Assembly: GCF_006345805.1 (NCBI RefSeq)
Contig: NC_043004.1
Location: forward strand, 18,042,001-18,106,000
DNA from: Octopus sinensis
Lineage: Eukaryota
Length of the DNA: 64,000 bases
Reading direction: 5' to 3'
Shown: piece after piece, positions 26,187 through 38,710 of the stretch
Layout of the letters: the number at the start of each line of letters is the position of its first letter
Position numbering within the stretch: position 1 is the stretch's first letter
Translations under genes and position numbers: made by a program
The notes under the pieces: generated by a model
Told to the model about the DNA's origin: nothing
Seen by the model: only the letters and a program-made list of their open reading frames with translations
The model's database searches: none

Positions 26187-26795
26187 GGCATATTTGGCAT
26201 TAGAATTTTTCTTTTGCCCTTATTTTGTAAATTATTCATAAATTTAACCTTTAAAGGTATTTTTTGATATGCTGGCCATTGATAAAAGTTTTTTCCTGAA
26301 AAAAATTTTATCCTACATTAGTTATAAATTGAATAGTGTTCACTTCCGGATTCTCTCAATCTGTGAAAGTTTCTAGTTCGAATCACACGTGTCTCGAGAT
26401 GTGCCGAAGATTTTCTATTTTGGATATATTTGGGGTACTTAGGTCTGCTCAGGTCTTGGTGCTTGCTTTTTCTAAGGGTATGAGTAAGTATTTCACTTAT
26501 ATCTCACGTATTTATCACTGAAGAAGGGAAAATTCTTATGAATTAACCCCGAAATTGGGACCAATACGGTAATAACGGATTTTTTAGAAATTTCTATCGG
26601 TTTGTTTCGAAACGCATAAATTATAATGGTTATTGACAATTTTTGTCTTTTTTTCGGCATATTTGGCATTAGAATTTTTCTTTTGCCCTTATTTTGTAAA
26701 TTATTCATAAATTTAACATTTAAAGGTATTTTTTGATATGCTGGCCATTGATAAAATTTTTTTCGGGAAAAAAATTTTATCCTACATTAGTTATA
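26187..26795 (+). mobile_element. Penelope-like pseudo-LTR in tandem direct arrangement (period 469 bp, ~140-bp terminal redundancy)
   Basis: ggcatatttggcattagaatttttc...tcctacattagttat at ~26187-26325 and ~26656-26795; hammerhead in the unique middle. Confidence 0.65.
26512..26572 (+). ncRNA. Type I hammerhead ribozyme motif with canonical core
   Basis: UUAUCA CUGAAGA A GGG AA AAUUC UUAU GAAUU AAC CCC GAA AUUGG GA CCAAU A CGGUAA; stem I partly decayed. Confidence 0.7.
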
Positions 26796-26802
26796 TGTAT
26801 AT

Positions 26803-27008
26803 ATATTAATCAAAGGACATACTGAGTATGTCTACCTGCTGGAAATAACAGTCAAAACTCTTATTTAAACCACCGAAAAAACATAACACTGTTAATATGG
26901 TTGACTTCTGTAGTTATTATCAGTGTTATTTTTTACAGCGGTTTAAATAAGAGTTTTTACTGTTAATTCCAGCAGGTAGACATACTCAGTATGTCCTTTG
27001 ATTAATAT
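26803..27008. repeat. Palindromic MITE-like element
   Basis: atattaatcaaaggacatactgagtatgtctacctgctggaa mirrored at the right end. Confidence 0.8.
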
Positions 27009-27176
27009 AAATTTTAATCTTTCAGCTATTTATGCATTTTTGGGGCATGCAATTGCCTATGTTATTAATTGTTATTATCAATTTACTTATATTACCCTAG
27101 ATAATATCTTTGCAAATATTCACTCCTGAATTATTTGCTCCTAACTGGCATATGTACACACACACACACACACATA

Positions 27177-27706
27177 TCTATTATATAAAATCTGTTCTGT
27201 CTGTCTGTGTGTGTATGTCTTCTAGGATCTCGGGCATCCTCCATCCGACTGCTCTAAAATTTGATATGTAGATATCAGGGTGTGTATAAGTCTTGAAAAA
27301 ATTACAAAAATTTTTCTCAAGACGTGGAAACATGCATTTGTACGTGCAAGTACATCAGCTGTTGCAATCGATACTACGCGTACACGAGAAAAATCCAAGT
27401 GCAGTTTGTGCAAAACAAGCCAGCTGGCTTGAAATAATACCACAAAATTCAGTATATTTAAGAGACCAAAAGAGTAAGATGTAAAAGAGATATTTTCTTC
27501 AAACTTGGCATGAAGGAAGGAAAGGCTATTTGGTTTCTCAAAAAGTATTTTTTTTTGCCTTAACTTCATTTAACAAAACCAAAAATTTTATTGAAATAAA
27601 GGCATGCTTAATTATTTTTTAATGAAAAGAAAACACTGATTGCTCTTTATTCAGCAGATATGATTCACCACCGTCCATTGGACGGGGGCAGGGGGCATTT
27701 TGCTCG
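27177..27706 (+). mobile_element. Non-autonomous Helitron
   Basis: Inserted A^T; 5' TCTATTATATAAAATC; 3' hairpin ccgtcc-att-ggacgg (27671-27685) about 18 nt before CTCG|T. Confidence 0.75.
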
Positions 27707-28025
27707 TATATATATATATATATATATAATATATATATATATATCTATATATATATCTATATATATGTATATATATATATATATATATAAATTTATATAT
27801 GAGGATAATATCGATATTTAAGTGTCGAAATATCAAGTGGCCAGCATGAAAGAAATACCTTACAAAGGTAAAAAAATTTTTAACAATTAAAAATGAGGGT
27901 GTCTAAAAGACACCAACATGCCGAAATAGCAGTCGAAACTCTGACTATAAAACCACGTTAAATGTTCATATCGCACCATGAGGCAAAGCGGAGGGGCAAA
28001 ACATACAAGCAAAAATTATTGAATA

Positions 28026-28085
28026 ATTCAAGATCCAAGGATTTCTGGTTCTGCTTTAGATAAGCTTTACCGTCATCAATTGAAT
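28026..28085 (-). ncRNA. Type I hammerhead-like motif, C3U (probably decayed)
   Basis: AUUCAA UUGAUGA C GGU AAA GCUU AUCUA AAGC AGA ACC A GAA AUCC UU GGAU C UUGAAU; 6-bp stem I, AUC cleavage triplet. Confidence 0.65.
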
Positions 28086-28677
28086 ATATCAAGGGTACAT
28101 AAATACAGATATATATATGCACAGCAAACGATATACTTACATATACGAGCGTCGCACATACATACATATGCACGTATGGACACAGCCAGCTTGAATCGCC
28201 CGCCAAATCACCGCATAAGCAGAACCAGAAATCCTTGGATCTTGAATTATTCAATAATTTTTGCTTGTATGTTTTACCCCTCCGCTTTGCCTCATGGTGC
28301 GATATGAACATTTAACGTGGTTTTATAGTCAGAGTTTCGACTGCTATTTCGGCATGTTGGTGTCTTTTAGACACCCTCATTTTTAATTGTTAAAAATTTT
28401 TTTACCTTTGTAAGGTATTTCTTTCATGCTGGCCACTTGATAATTTCGACACTTAAATATCGATATTATCCTCATATATAAATTTATATAATTCGTTATT
28501 ATATTCACTGCGATGCTTATTTTAACCATATCGTACTTATGCGGTGATTTGGCGGGCGATTCAAGCTGGCTGTGTCCATACGTGCATATGTATGTATGTG
28601 CGACGCTCGTATATGTAAGTATATCGTTTGCTGTGCATATATATATCTGTATTTATGTACCCTTGATATATTCAATT

Positions 28678-29801
28678 CATCATCATCATCATCATCATTT
28701 AACGTCCGCTTTCCATGCTAGCATGGGTTGGACGGTTCAACTGGGGTCTGGGGAGCCCGAAAGCTGCACCAGTCCAGTCAGATCTGGCAGTGTTTCTACG
28801 GCTGGATGCCCTTCCTAACGCCAACCACTCCGAGAGTGTAGTGGATGATTTTATGTGCCACCGACACAGGTGCCAGACGAGGCTGGCAAACGGCCACGCT
28901 CGGATGGTGTTTTTTTATGTGCCACCGACACAGGTGCCAGACGAGGCTGGCAAACGGCCACGCTCGGATGGTGTTTTTTTATGTGCCACCGACACAGGTG
29001 CCAGACGAGGCTGGCAGACGGCCACACTCGGATGGTGTTTTTATGTGCCACCGACACAGGTGCCAGATGAGGCTGGCAAACGGCCACGATCGGATGGTGC
29101 TTGTTACGTGCCACAGCACGGAGGCCAGTCGATGCGGTACTGGCTACGGCCACGTTCGGATGGTTTTCTTGTGTGCCACGTGCCACCGGCACTGGTACCA
29201 CAAGGATACAAATTCCATTGATGTTCATCTATTTTGATTTGTTTTGATTTGATTTTCACTTGCCTCAACAGGTCTCACAAGTGTCACAAGAAGGAAGGTA
29301 TGCACAGGTGGACTGACTACGTCCCAGGTAGGGGCCATGGGTTATGGCCTGACTAGTCTTGCCGGGTCTTCGGATGGTGTTTTTATGTGCCACCGACACA
29401 GGTGCTAGATGAGGCTGGCGAACGGCCACAATCGGATGGGGTTTGTCATGTGCCCACCGCACTGACTACAGCACTGATGGATTTCTGTGTGCCACAGGCA
29501 CTGGTACCACAAGATACAAATTCCATTGATGTTCATCTATTTGTCTATTTTGATTTGATTTGATTTGATTTGATTTTCACTTGCCTCAACCGGTCTTCAC
29601 AGGTGTCACAAGAGGAAGGTATGCACAGGTGGACTGACTAGTCTTGCCGGGTCTTCGGAAGGTGTTTTTATGTGCCACCGACACAGGTGCCAGATGAGGC
29701 TGGCGAACGGCCATGATCGGATGGTGTTTGTTACGTGCCCACAGCACGGAGGCCGGTCGATGCGGAACTGGCTACGGCCACGTTCGGATGGTTCTCTTGT
29801 G
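28678..29801 (-). mobile_element. (GAT)n-tailed SINE-like element with an expanded internal 62-64-bp VNTR
   Basis: catcatcatttaacgtccgctttccatgc...ctggatgcccttcctaacgccaacc; relatives at ~20310-20660, 22110-22440, 32870-33150, 35395-35890, 39560-40250, 41471-42180, 53600-53800 and 58540-58780. Confidence 0.75.
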
Positions 29802-30008
29802 GATGACAGTAAAACTTATCTAAAGCAGAACCAGAAATCCTTGGATCTTGAATTATTCAATAATTTTTGCTTCTATGTTTTGCCCCTCCGCTTTGCCTCA
29901 TGGTGCGATATGAACATTTAACGTGGTTTTATAGTCAGAGTTTCGACTGCTATTTCGGCATGTTGGTGTCTTTTAGACACCCTCATTTTTAATTTATATA
30001 TATATATA

Positions 30009-30240
<232 letters not shown>

Positions 30241-30301
30241 TTAGAATTTTATCACTTTTAGAAAAAAAAAAAAAAAAAGAAAATTCCCAAATATCCTTGG
30301 T

Positions 30302-30976
<675 letters not shown>

Positions 30977-31493
30977 TTAAGAAATAACAGTTTCTTAACG
31001 TTACATCATTAATTCCAAAGTTTCTTCATCAGAATAATAATTATCATCATCAACATTTAATATCCATTTTCTATACTGGCAGAGTTGGATGGTTCAGCAG
31101 AAGATAGCAAATCAGAAGAGTCTACTAGTGTCTGTTTTGGGATGGTTTCTGCAGCTGGATGCCCTTCTTAATGCTAACCACTCTTCAGAGTGGACTGAGT
31201 GGTTTTTATATGGCATTGGTGCCAGGGAGGTCACCAAATAAGTCACAAGACAAGACCTCCCTCAACTGAGAGGTGGAGTGAGTATTATAAAGGGAGATGC
31301 CTTTGTGTCAGAAGTTAAACCAAGGCGGAAGGACAGAAGAGATATGTGGCTACTCCATTTGAAAGAGAGAGAGAGGAAAAGAGAGAAAGAGGGGAATAGA
31401 GAAGGAGGATGAGGGAGATAGAACAAGAGAGAGGAAAAGAGAGAGTTGGAGAGAGATATGATGATGATGTCAGAGTGTATTCTCAAAGTATCA

Positions 31494-31865
<372 letters not shown>

Positions 31866-31885
31866 TTAGAAACATGAATGGTTTA

Positions 31886-32303
31886 TTATTTACATTTGAT
31901 GGATATTCATCCTCATCTTGTTTGTTGTTAACACAACGTTTCCGCTGATATACCCTCCAGCCTTCATCAGGTGTCTTGGGGAAATTTCGAACCTGGGTTC
32001 TCATTCCTAAGATATTTTTCGATGCTGTTGTTATTATTATTATTCAGGTCACTTCCTGGAATTGAACTCTGAATCTTGGGGTTAGTAGCCTGCGCTCTTA
32101 ATCACTGCGCCAAATGCCTGTGGGCATATTATAATAATAACATTGAACAATACCTTAGGAATGAGAACCCAGGTTTGAAATTTCTCCAAGACACCTGATG
32201 AAGGCTGGAGGATATATCAGCCGAAACGTGTTAACAACAAACAACATGAGGACAAATATCCGTCAAATGTAAATAATTCCTCATCTCTTAAATATAGAAC
32301 TGT
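31886..32303. mobile_element. Inverted composite tRNA-head/hammerhead-tail element (locus B)
   Basis: Tail(-) 31886-32020, tRNA-like head(-) ~32044-32128, tail(+) ~32150-32303; 12-bp TSD atgaatggttta at 31874-31885 and 32304-32315. Confidence 0.85.
31930..31975 (-). ncRNA. Minimal type I hammerhead ribozyme motif (closest-to-consensus copy of the SINE family)
   Basis: GACAC CUGAUGA A GGCUG GAGGGUAUAU CAGCG GAAA CG UU GUGUU: stem I GACAC/GUGUU, palindromic stem III ACGU; one mismatch at the base of stem II (other copies read CAGCC). Confidence 0.7.
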
Positions 32304-33423
32304 ATGAATGGTTTAGCGCAGCCCATCCATTTATAGTTCTATCCTATACTAAATGACAAATCTTGTTGCTGTCATCTCAGCTGTCCACCCTGTTACTTGG
32401 GTTTTAGTGTACCCCAGTCAGTTGGAGATGTTTTCAATTATTGTATTCTACTGCATAATATAATTTGTAACTCCAAAACACTTATCTAATACTGATGATG
32501 TGTCAGAGTGGCTGCAATCTATCAAACAGAATATAGTAAATATTTCCAGAAGATAATAATAATAATAATATAATAATAATAATAATAATCCTTTGTACTA
32601 TAGGCACAAGGCCTGAAACTTGGGGGAAGGGGGTAGTCAATAACATTGACCCCAGTACTCTGCTGGTACTTATTTTATCAACCCTGAGAGGATGCAAACT
32701 AAAGCTGACCTCAGCGGAACTTGAACTCAGAACGTAAAGATGAACGAAATACAGCTAAGCATTTTGGCCGGTGTGCTAATAATTCAGCCAGCAACCTTCA
32801 TAATAATAATTATATATAGTGCTTGAGGAGATCTATTGAGTCAAGTACACCAAAATCAAATCAAATCACAATCAAATGGAAATTGTAGTTATTATCCCCG
32901 TGCCGGTGGCACGTAAAAAGCAAGATCTGAATGTGGTCAATGCCAGCCCCCCTCCGGCCCCTGTGCCAGTGGCATGTAAAAATGCATCCACTACACGCTC
33001 GGAGTGGTTAGCGTTAGGAAGACATCCAGCTGTAGAAACACTGCCAGATCAGACTGGAGCCTGATGTAGACTCCTGGCTTCCCAGACGCCGGTCAACTGT
33101 CCAACCCATGTCAGCATGGTCAATAGACGTTAAATTATGATGATGATGATGACAGGCTTCTTTCAATTTCCAATTACAAAATCCACTCACAAGGCTTTGG
33201 TTGGACCAGGGCTACAGTAAAAGACACTTGCTCTAGATGTCACACAGTGGGACTGAACCCAAGGTCACATGGTTGGAAAGCAAACTTCTTGCCCCACAGC
33301 CACACACCTGCGCTGGTCAGTTAATATATTTTAAGTTTAGGAAATCGTTACAGTAATACAGTGATACAGTAATGATACAGTGATTGAGGAATAATCAGAC
33401 ACACACACACACATTCTTTTACA

Positions 33424-33853
33424 CTTTTACTTGTTTCACTCATTTGACTGTGGCCATGCTGGAGCACTGCCTTTAGTCAAGCAAATCGACCCCAGGACTT
33501 ATTCTTTGTAAGCCTAGTACTTATTCTATCAGTCTCTTTTGCCAAACTGCTAAGTTACGGAGACGTAAAGACACCAGCTTCGGTTGTCAAGTGATGTTGG
33601 GGGTGACAAACACAGACACACAAACATACACACACACACACATACATACATACACAAACACACATATACATATATACACATATACATATATACACAACAG
33701 GCTTCTTTCAGTTTCCATCTACCAAATCCACTCACAAAGCTTTGGGTAGCCTGAGGCTATAGTAAAAGACACTTGCCCAAGTTGCCACGCAGTGGGACTG
33801 AACCTGGAACCATGTGGTTGGTAAGCAAGCTACTTACCACACAGTCACTCCTA
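33424..33853 (-). mobile_element. tRNA-derived CORE-type SINE, full length
   Basis: Same family. Confidence 0.85.
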
Positions 33854-33859
33854 TGCCTT

Positions 33860-33891
<32 letters not shown>

Positions 33892-33894
33892 ATA

Positions 33895-34110
33895 TAGTTA
33901 ATCAAAACATGAAAGCACAAAGAGAAAACACATAACGCGAAGATGTGGAACAAGTATAGTATTATTGGACACTCAGGAAAGGAAAGAAAGAAGGAGGATT
34001 TAACGTTTCAAGTGGAGCTCTTCGTCAGAAACATAGAAAAAGGAAAGGTCCAAGGAAGGGAAGACGGAGGAAATAAAATTGCCAACAATACATCCGCGGT
34101 CATATATTGA
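33895..34110 (-). mobile_element. Penelope-like 3' end remnant
   Basis: Polypyrimidine tracts flanking a hammerhead motif on the minus strand. Confidence 0.5.
33999..34031 (-). ncRNA. Minimal type I hammerhead motif in a Penelope-like 3' remnant
   Basis: UUU CUGACGA A GAG CUCCA CUU GAAA CG UU AAA; canonical core, palindromic ACGU, very short stems. Confidence 0.55.
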
Positions 34111-34142
34111 ATCATATATATGTGTGTGTGTGTGTGTGAGTG

Positions 34143-34183
<41 letters not shown>

Positions 34184-34291
34184 ATTAAACATCAATAGAC
34201 TGACTGGAGTATACACATTAATAGAAGTACTTGAATGTAGAGGAAACAAAAATTTAAGGTAGAAAAGTAAAAGAAGACACAGACTCACTCA

Positions 34292-34504
<213 letters not shown>

Positions 34505-36074
34505 TCAAGATCTTGAATGAAAAATTGGGAATGAAAACTAGAAATTAAGCAATAAACATGGTAGTGACATAATTAATTTGATGAAGAGTAACAGATTGTG
34601 AAGGTCAAGAATTTGGTGGGAGAGGACCTTCTCAAACCTGATTTTGTATGCAAACAAATAAAACCGTCCCATTTTCTTCCAAAACTATTCACTCGTACAT
34701 CTTTCCTTCCCTTCCTCACTATCTCACTTTATATATCCTTCTCTTCATTTAACCCCTTTTCTTTTCTCTCTCTTTTGGTCCCTCTTCTTTCTCTCCCCCT
34801 CTCTATACATATACATCTTCCTAACATAGTAGCCAACTTGCTATTCAAAACATAAATATATTGAAATATTTCCATCAATTTCTTCATAGTTTTGAAATGC
34901 TTTAACTGAAGAAGGTTTACGTAATGGATGCATTTCCTATTATATATCAAACAAACCTGAAACATCCATATTAAATCATTTCAAAATACCACTATCTGGT
35001 TTGACTTTATTATAACAACAGACATGAGTCAATGCCAGTACAAACTAGTCAGGCTTGACTCCTCTTGACTCTCTCAAAGATTTAGAGTCGTTATGTGTGA
35101 CACATCAAAAGTTCTGTTACTGTGAACCGCTTCTTAGCATAACACAAAATGTGCGCATGCAAGTGTGTGTGTGTTCATGCGTGCATGTTTGTGAATGAGT
35201 TGTAAATGTGAGTCACTGTCATGCAAGGGATATTCTTCATTTCCGATCTTCCCTGGACGCCTGTCTGGTCACAAGGAAATATTACTTCACTTTGGATCAG
35301 ACGAAGGTTGGTGACAGGAAGGCTATCAGGCCATAGAAAATCCACCTCAACAAACTCTGTGCAAGTCATGCAAGCATGGAAAGTCATCATCATCATAATC
35401 GTTTAATGTCCACTTTCCATGCTAGCATTGGTCGGACGATTTTGACTGGGGGCTGGCGAACCAGATGGCTGCACCAGGCTCCAATCTTGATCTGGCAGAG
35501 TTTCTACAGTTGGATGCCCTTCCTAATGCCAACCACTCCGAGAGTGTAGTGGGTGCTTTTACGTGCCACCAGCATGAGCGCCAGTCAGGCGGTACTGGCA
35601 ACGGCCACGCTCAAATGGTGTTTTTTACGTGCCACTTGCACAGGAGCCAGTCTAGCGGTACTGGTAACGACCTCGCTTGAATGTTTTTTCACATGCCACC
35701 GGCACAAGTGCCAGTAAGGCAACGCTGGTAACAATCATGTTCGAATGGTGCTTTTTACATGCCACCGGCACAGAAGCCAGTTTGCTGCTCTGGCAACGAC
35801 CACGCTCGGATGGTGCTCTTAACGCTCCACTAGCACAGATGCCAGTCATCAAATTTGATTTTGATTTCGAAAAGTGGATGTTAAATGATGATGAAGGATA
35901 TGTCTGTGTGTGTGCTTCTTCATGTCTGTATTTGTCATCCCTTCCCCCACATTACTAGACAGCCAGTATTACTTTATTTATGTCTCCATAACAAAGCAGT
36001 TCAGCAAAAGAGACTGATAAAACAAGTCCAATGACTGAAACAAGTAAAAGATAAAAAATAGATAAACAACTCAC

Positions 36075-36199
36075 TTTTCCCTGATTTCTTCTTCATGTTT
36101 GGGATTAACAGCACCAATAGGCTTGGAGAGGTCACGATAGATTGAAGGGTCGTCAATGTCCAAAGTTGAAGATGTGTAGTCACATATTATCCAAGGAAA
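36075..36199 (-). CDS. NBEAL1: Neurobeachin-like exon 16/30 (BEACH)
   Basis: tttggcag|TTT CCT TGG...GAA AA|gtgagt; [41 protein letters not shown]. Confidence 0.97.
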
Positions 36200-36499
36200 C
36201 TGCCAAATGTATAAAACAACATATTATGGAAAAATCACAAAGAATTACAGAATATCATAATAGAATATTGGTATCTTGTTAGAAAAAATTGTGATCAGAT
36301 AAAATCATCATTTAATGTCTGATTTTTATGCTGGCATTAGGTTGGACAGTTTGACCAGAACTGGTAAGCAGAATAGCTGCACCAGGCACCAGTCATCTGT
36401 TTTGACATGGTTTCTACAGCTGGATGCTCTTCCTAATGCCAATCACATTACGGAGTGTATTGGGTGTTTTTTATGTGGTGCCACCAAAGTTAGCATCTA

Positions 36500-36561
<62 letters not shown>

Positions 36562-36840
36562 TATATATTAAATAAAATGAGACAACAAAGCCAAGACTGT
36601 GTGAAATTTTTAGGACATTTTATAAAGAGAAGGGTCGTCTTACAGCTGTTTCAGGGATATAAATGATACCGCATCATCAGAGATGATATGAGAGAGTTAA
36701 ATAGAAGGATATAGTAGAGTTCAATATAAGAAGTTATTTGGGAAAGGAACAGATATAGGAAGTATGAAGGGAAATATAAGAATAAAAATAAAGATATATG
36801 TTGGATATTAAACTTGCTGTTTCTGGATACCAAATCCTCT

Positions 36841-36871
<31 letters not shown>

Positions 36872-37416
36872 CTCAAGCAAAGGTAATAAACTTCATTAAG
36901 GGATCATAAATCCAATGAAAATACTGGTTAGTTAACGGTTTTATAGCTGTTATCTCAACATGTATTTCTAATTGGTATATCCTTACTACTCCTGAAGAGA
37001 TTCATCTTATAATGATTTTAATTTTATGAATTATCTAAAGATTTCTGAATCAAGACACCTGCCAGATATATTGTCATATTTTCTAATTAATAAATAATTT
37101 TATTAATTACCTCTCCAATTTCTCCTCATTCCTTATATATATGACAGTTGTTGTAAACCTTAACCCCACTACCATCAACCTTCTCTTCGTATATGTAGAC
37201 AAACAAAGTACATTTTTTTATGACACAGGAATATAAAAACTATTTCATCATTTCTTGTATTGCTGTTATTATTGTTATTATCATTGTTATCATCAGGATA
37301 AACAAAATAAACATAAAATTTGGATTCAAAGAAGAAAAATTTCAGAGACGGTGAGTTCAAATTTTACATTAATTACTGTATTATGTCATTAAATACAAGA
37401 CTGGTACCATGATTAA

Positions 37417-37883
<467 letters not shown>

Positions 37884-37937
37884 TCAATTACATTAATTAA
37901 TTTCTTGATAATTTTTTTTTTTTTTAGCTATCATCTT

Positions 37938-38710
37938 TCACATCAATATCAGCACAATGACTCCTTGACTCTTCACACATCAATATCAGCACAATGACTC
38001 CTTGACTCTTCCCACATCAATATCAGCACAATGACTCCTTGACTCTTCACACATCAATATCAGCACAATGGCTCCACAAACAGTGACTCTTCAACTCTTC
38101 ACATAAATATCAGCATAAACAATGATTCCTTGACTCTTCATGTCAATATCAGCACCGAGGAATGTTTGAAGGATTGTCTCCAACAATTCGGTGCAACACC
38201 TCCCTCCAACAAGTCATCCTAACGAGACGTCTGCGTTGGCTGGGTCATGCCCTCCGTCATCAACCAGAAGAATTCATCTACGAAGCAATTGCCTCAGCTC
38301 CCCTTCAGGGTTGGCAAAAGCAATGTGGTGGACAACAAAAAACCTGGCCGATGACAGTCAAGGCTGATCTGGAACCCCAACTTAGGCCTCCATGTCTACG
38401 GCATTCACCGCTGGAATAAGGAGTGGTTGGAGATCACGCGGTCGTTAGCCTCAAATCGCCAGGCCTGGTCGGTGTTTGTGAGAGATGCAGCATTGAGGAT
38501 GAATGAAGTCAGCTCAACCCACCCCGGGTGAATGCTGTCTCAAGAGAAAGAGAAGGAAATATCAGCACAAACAGTGACTCTTTGACTATTTGCATCAATA
38601 TTATCTCAAAACGCGACTTCTTGACTCTTCACATCAATATCGGCACGATCAATGAATCCTTGATTCTTCACATAAATATTAGCATAACATTGACTCCTTG
38701 ACTATTTATA
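37938..38710. repeat. 37-bp minisatellite split by a LINE fragment
   Basis: catcaatatcagcacaatgactccttgactctt at 37941, 37978 and 38015, decaying on both sides of the LINE. Confidence 0.9.
38157..38555 (+). mobile_element. RTE-type LINE 3' fragment inserted in a minisatellite
   Basis: RRLRWLGHALRH...GGQQKTWPMTVKADL (RLRW.GHV.R motif); flanked by aatatcagcac on both sides. Confidence 0.8.

Larger units (their letters stand above)
27785..29992. mobile_element. Complex inverted Penelope-like repeat A-B-A'-x-B'-[insertion]-A'
   Basis: 27785-28060 is inverted at 28218-28490; 28078-28219 is inverted at 28537-28677 and resumes at 29802-29992 after a (GAT)n-family insertion. Confidence 0.8.

Noticed and set aside
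26803-27008. Hammerhead within this palindrome (CTGAGTA...GAAA)
   Set aside because: G8 is absent without compensation and the stems do not close; kept only as a MITE-like palindrome.
28853-29160. CRISPR-like regular repeats
   Set aside because: Units are homologous along their full length with no unique spacers; no cas genes; eukaryotic intron.
37938-38155. 37-bp repeats of CRISPR-like size
   Set aside because: Contiguous tandem minisatellite without spacers.
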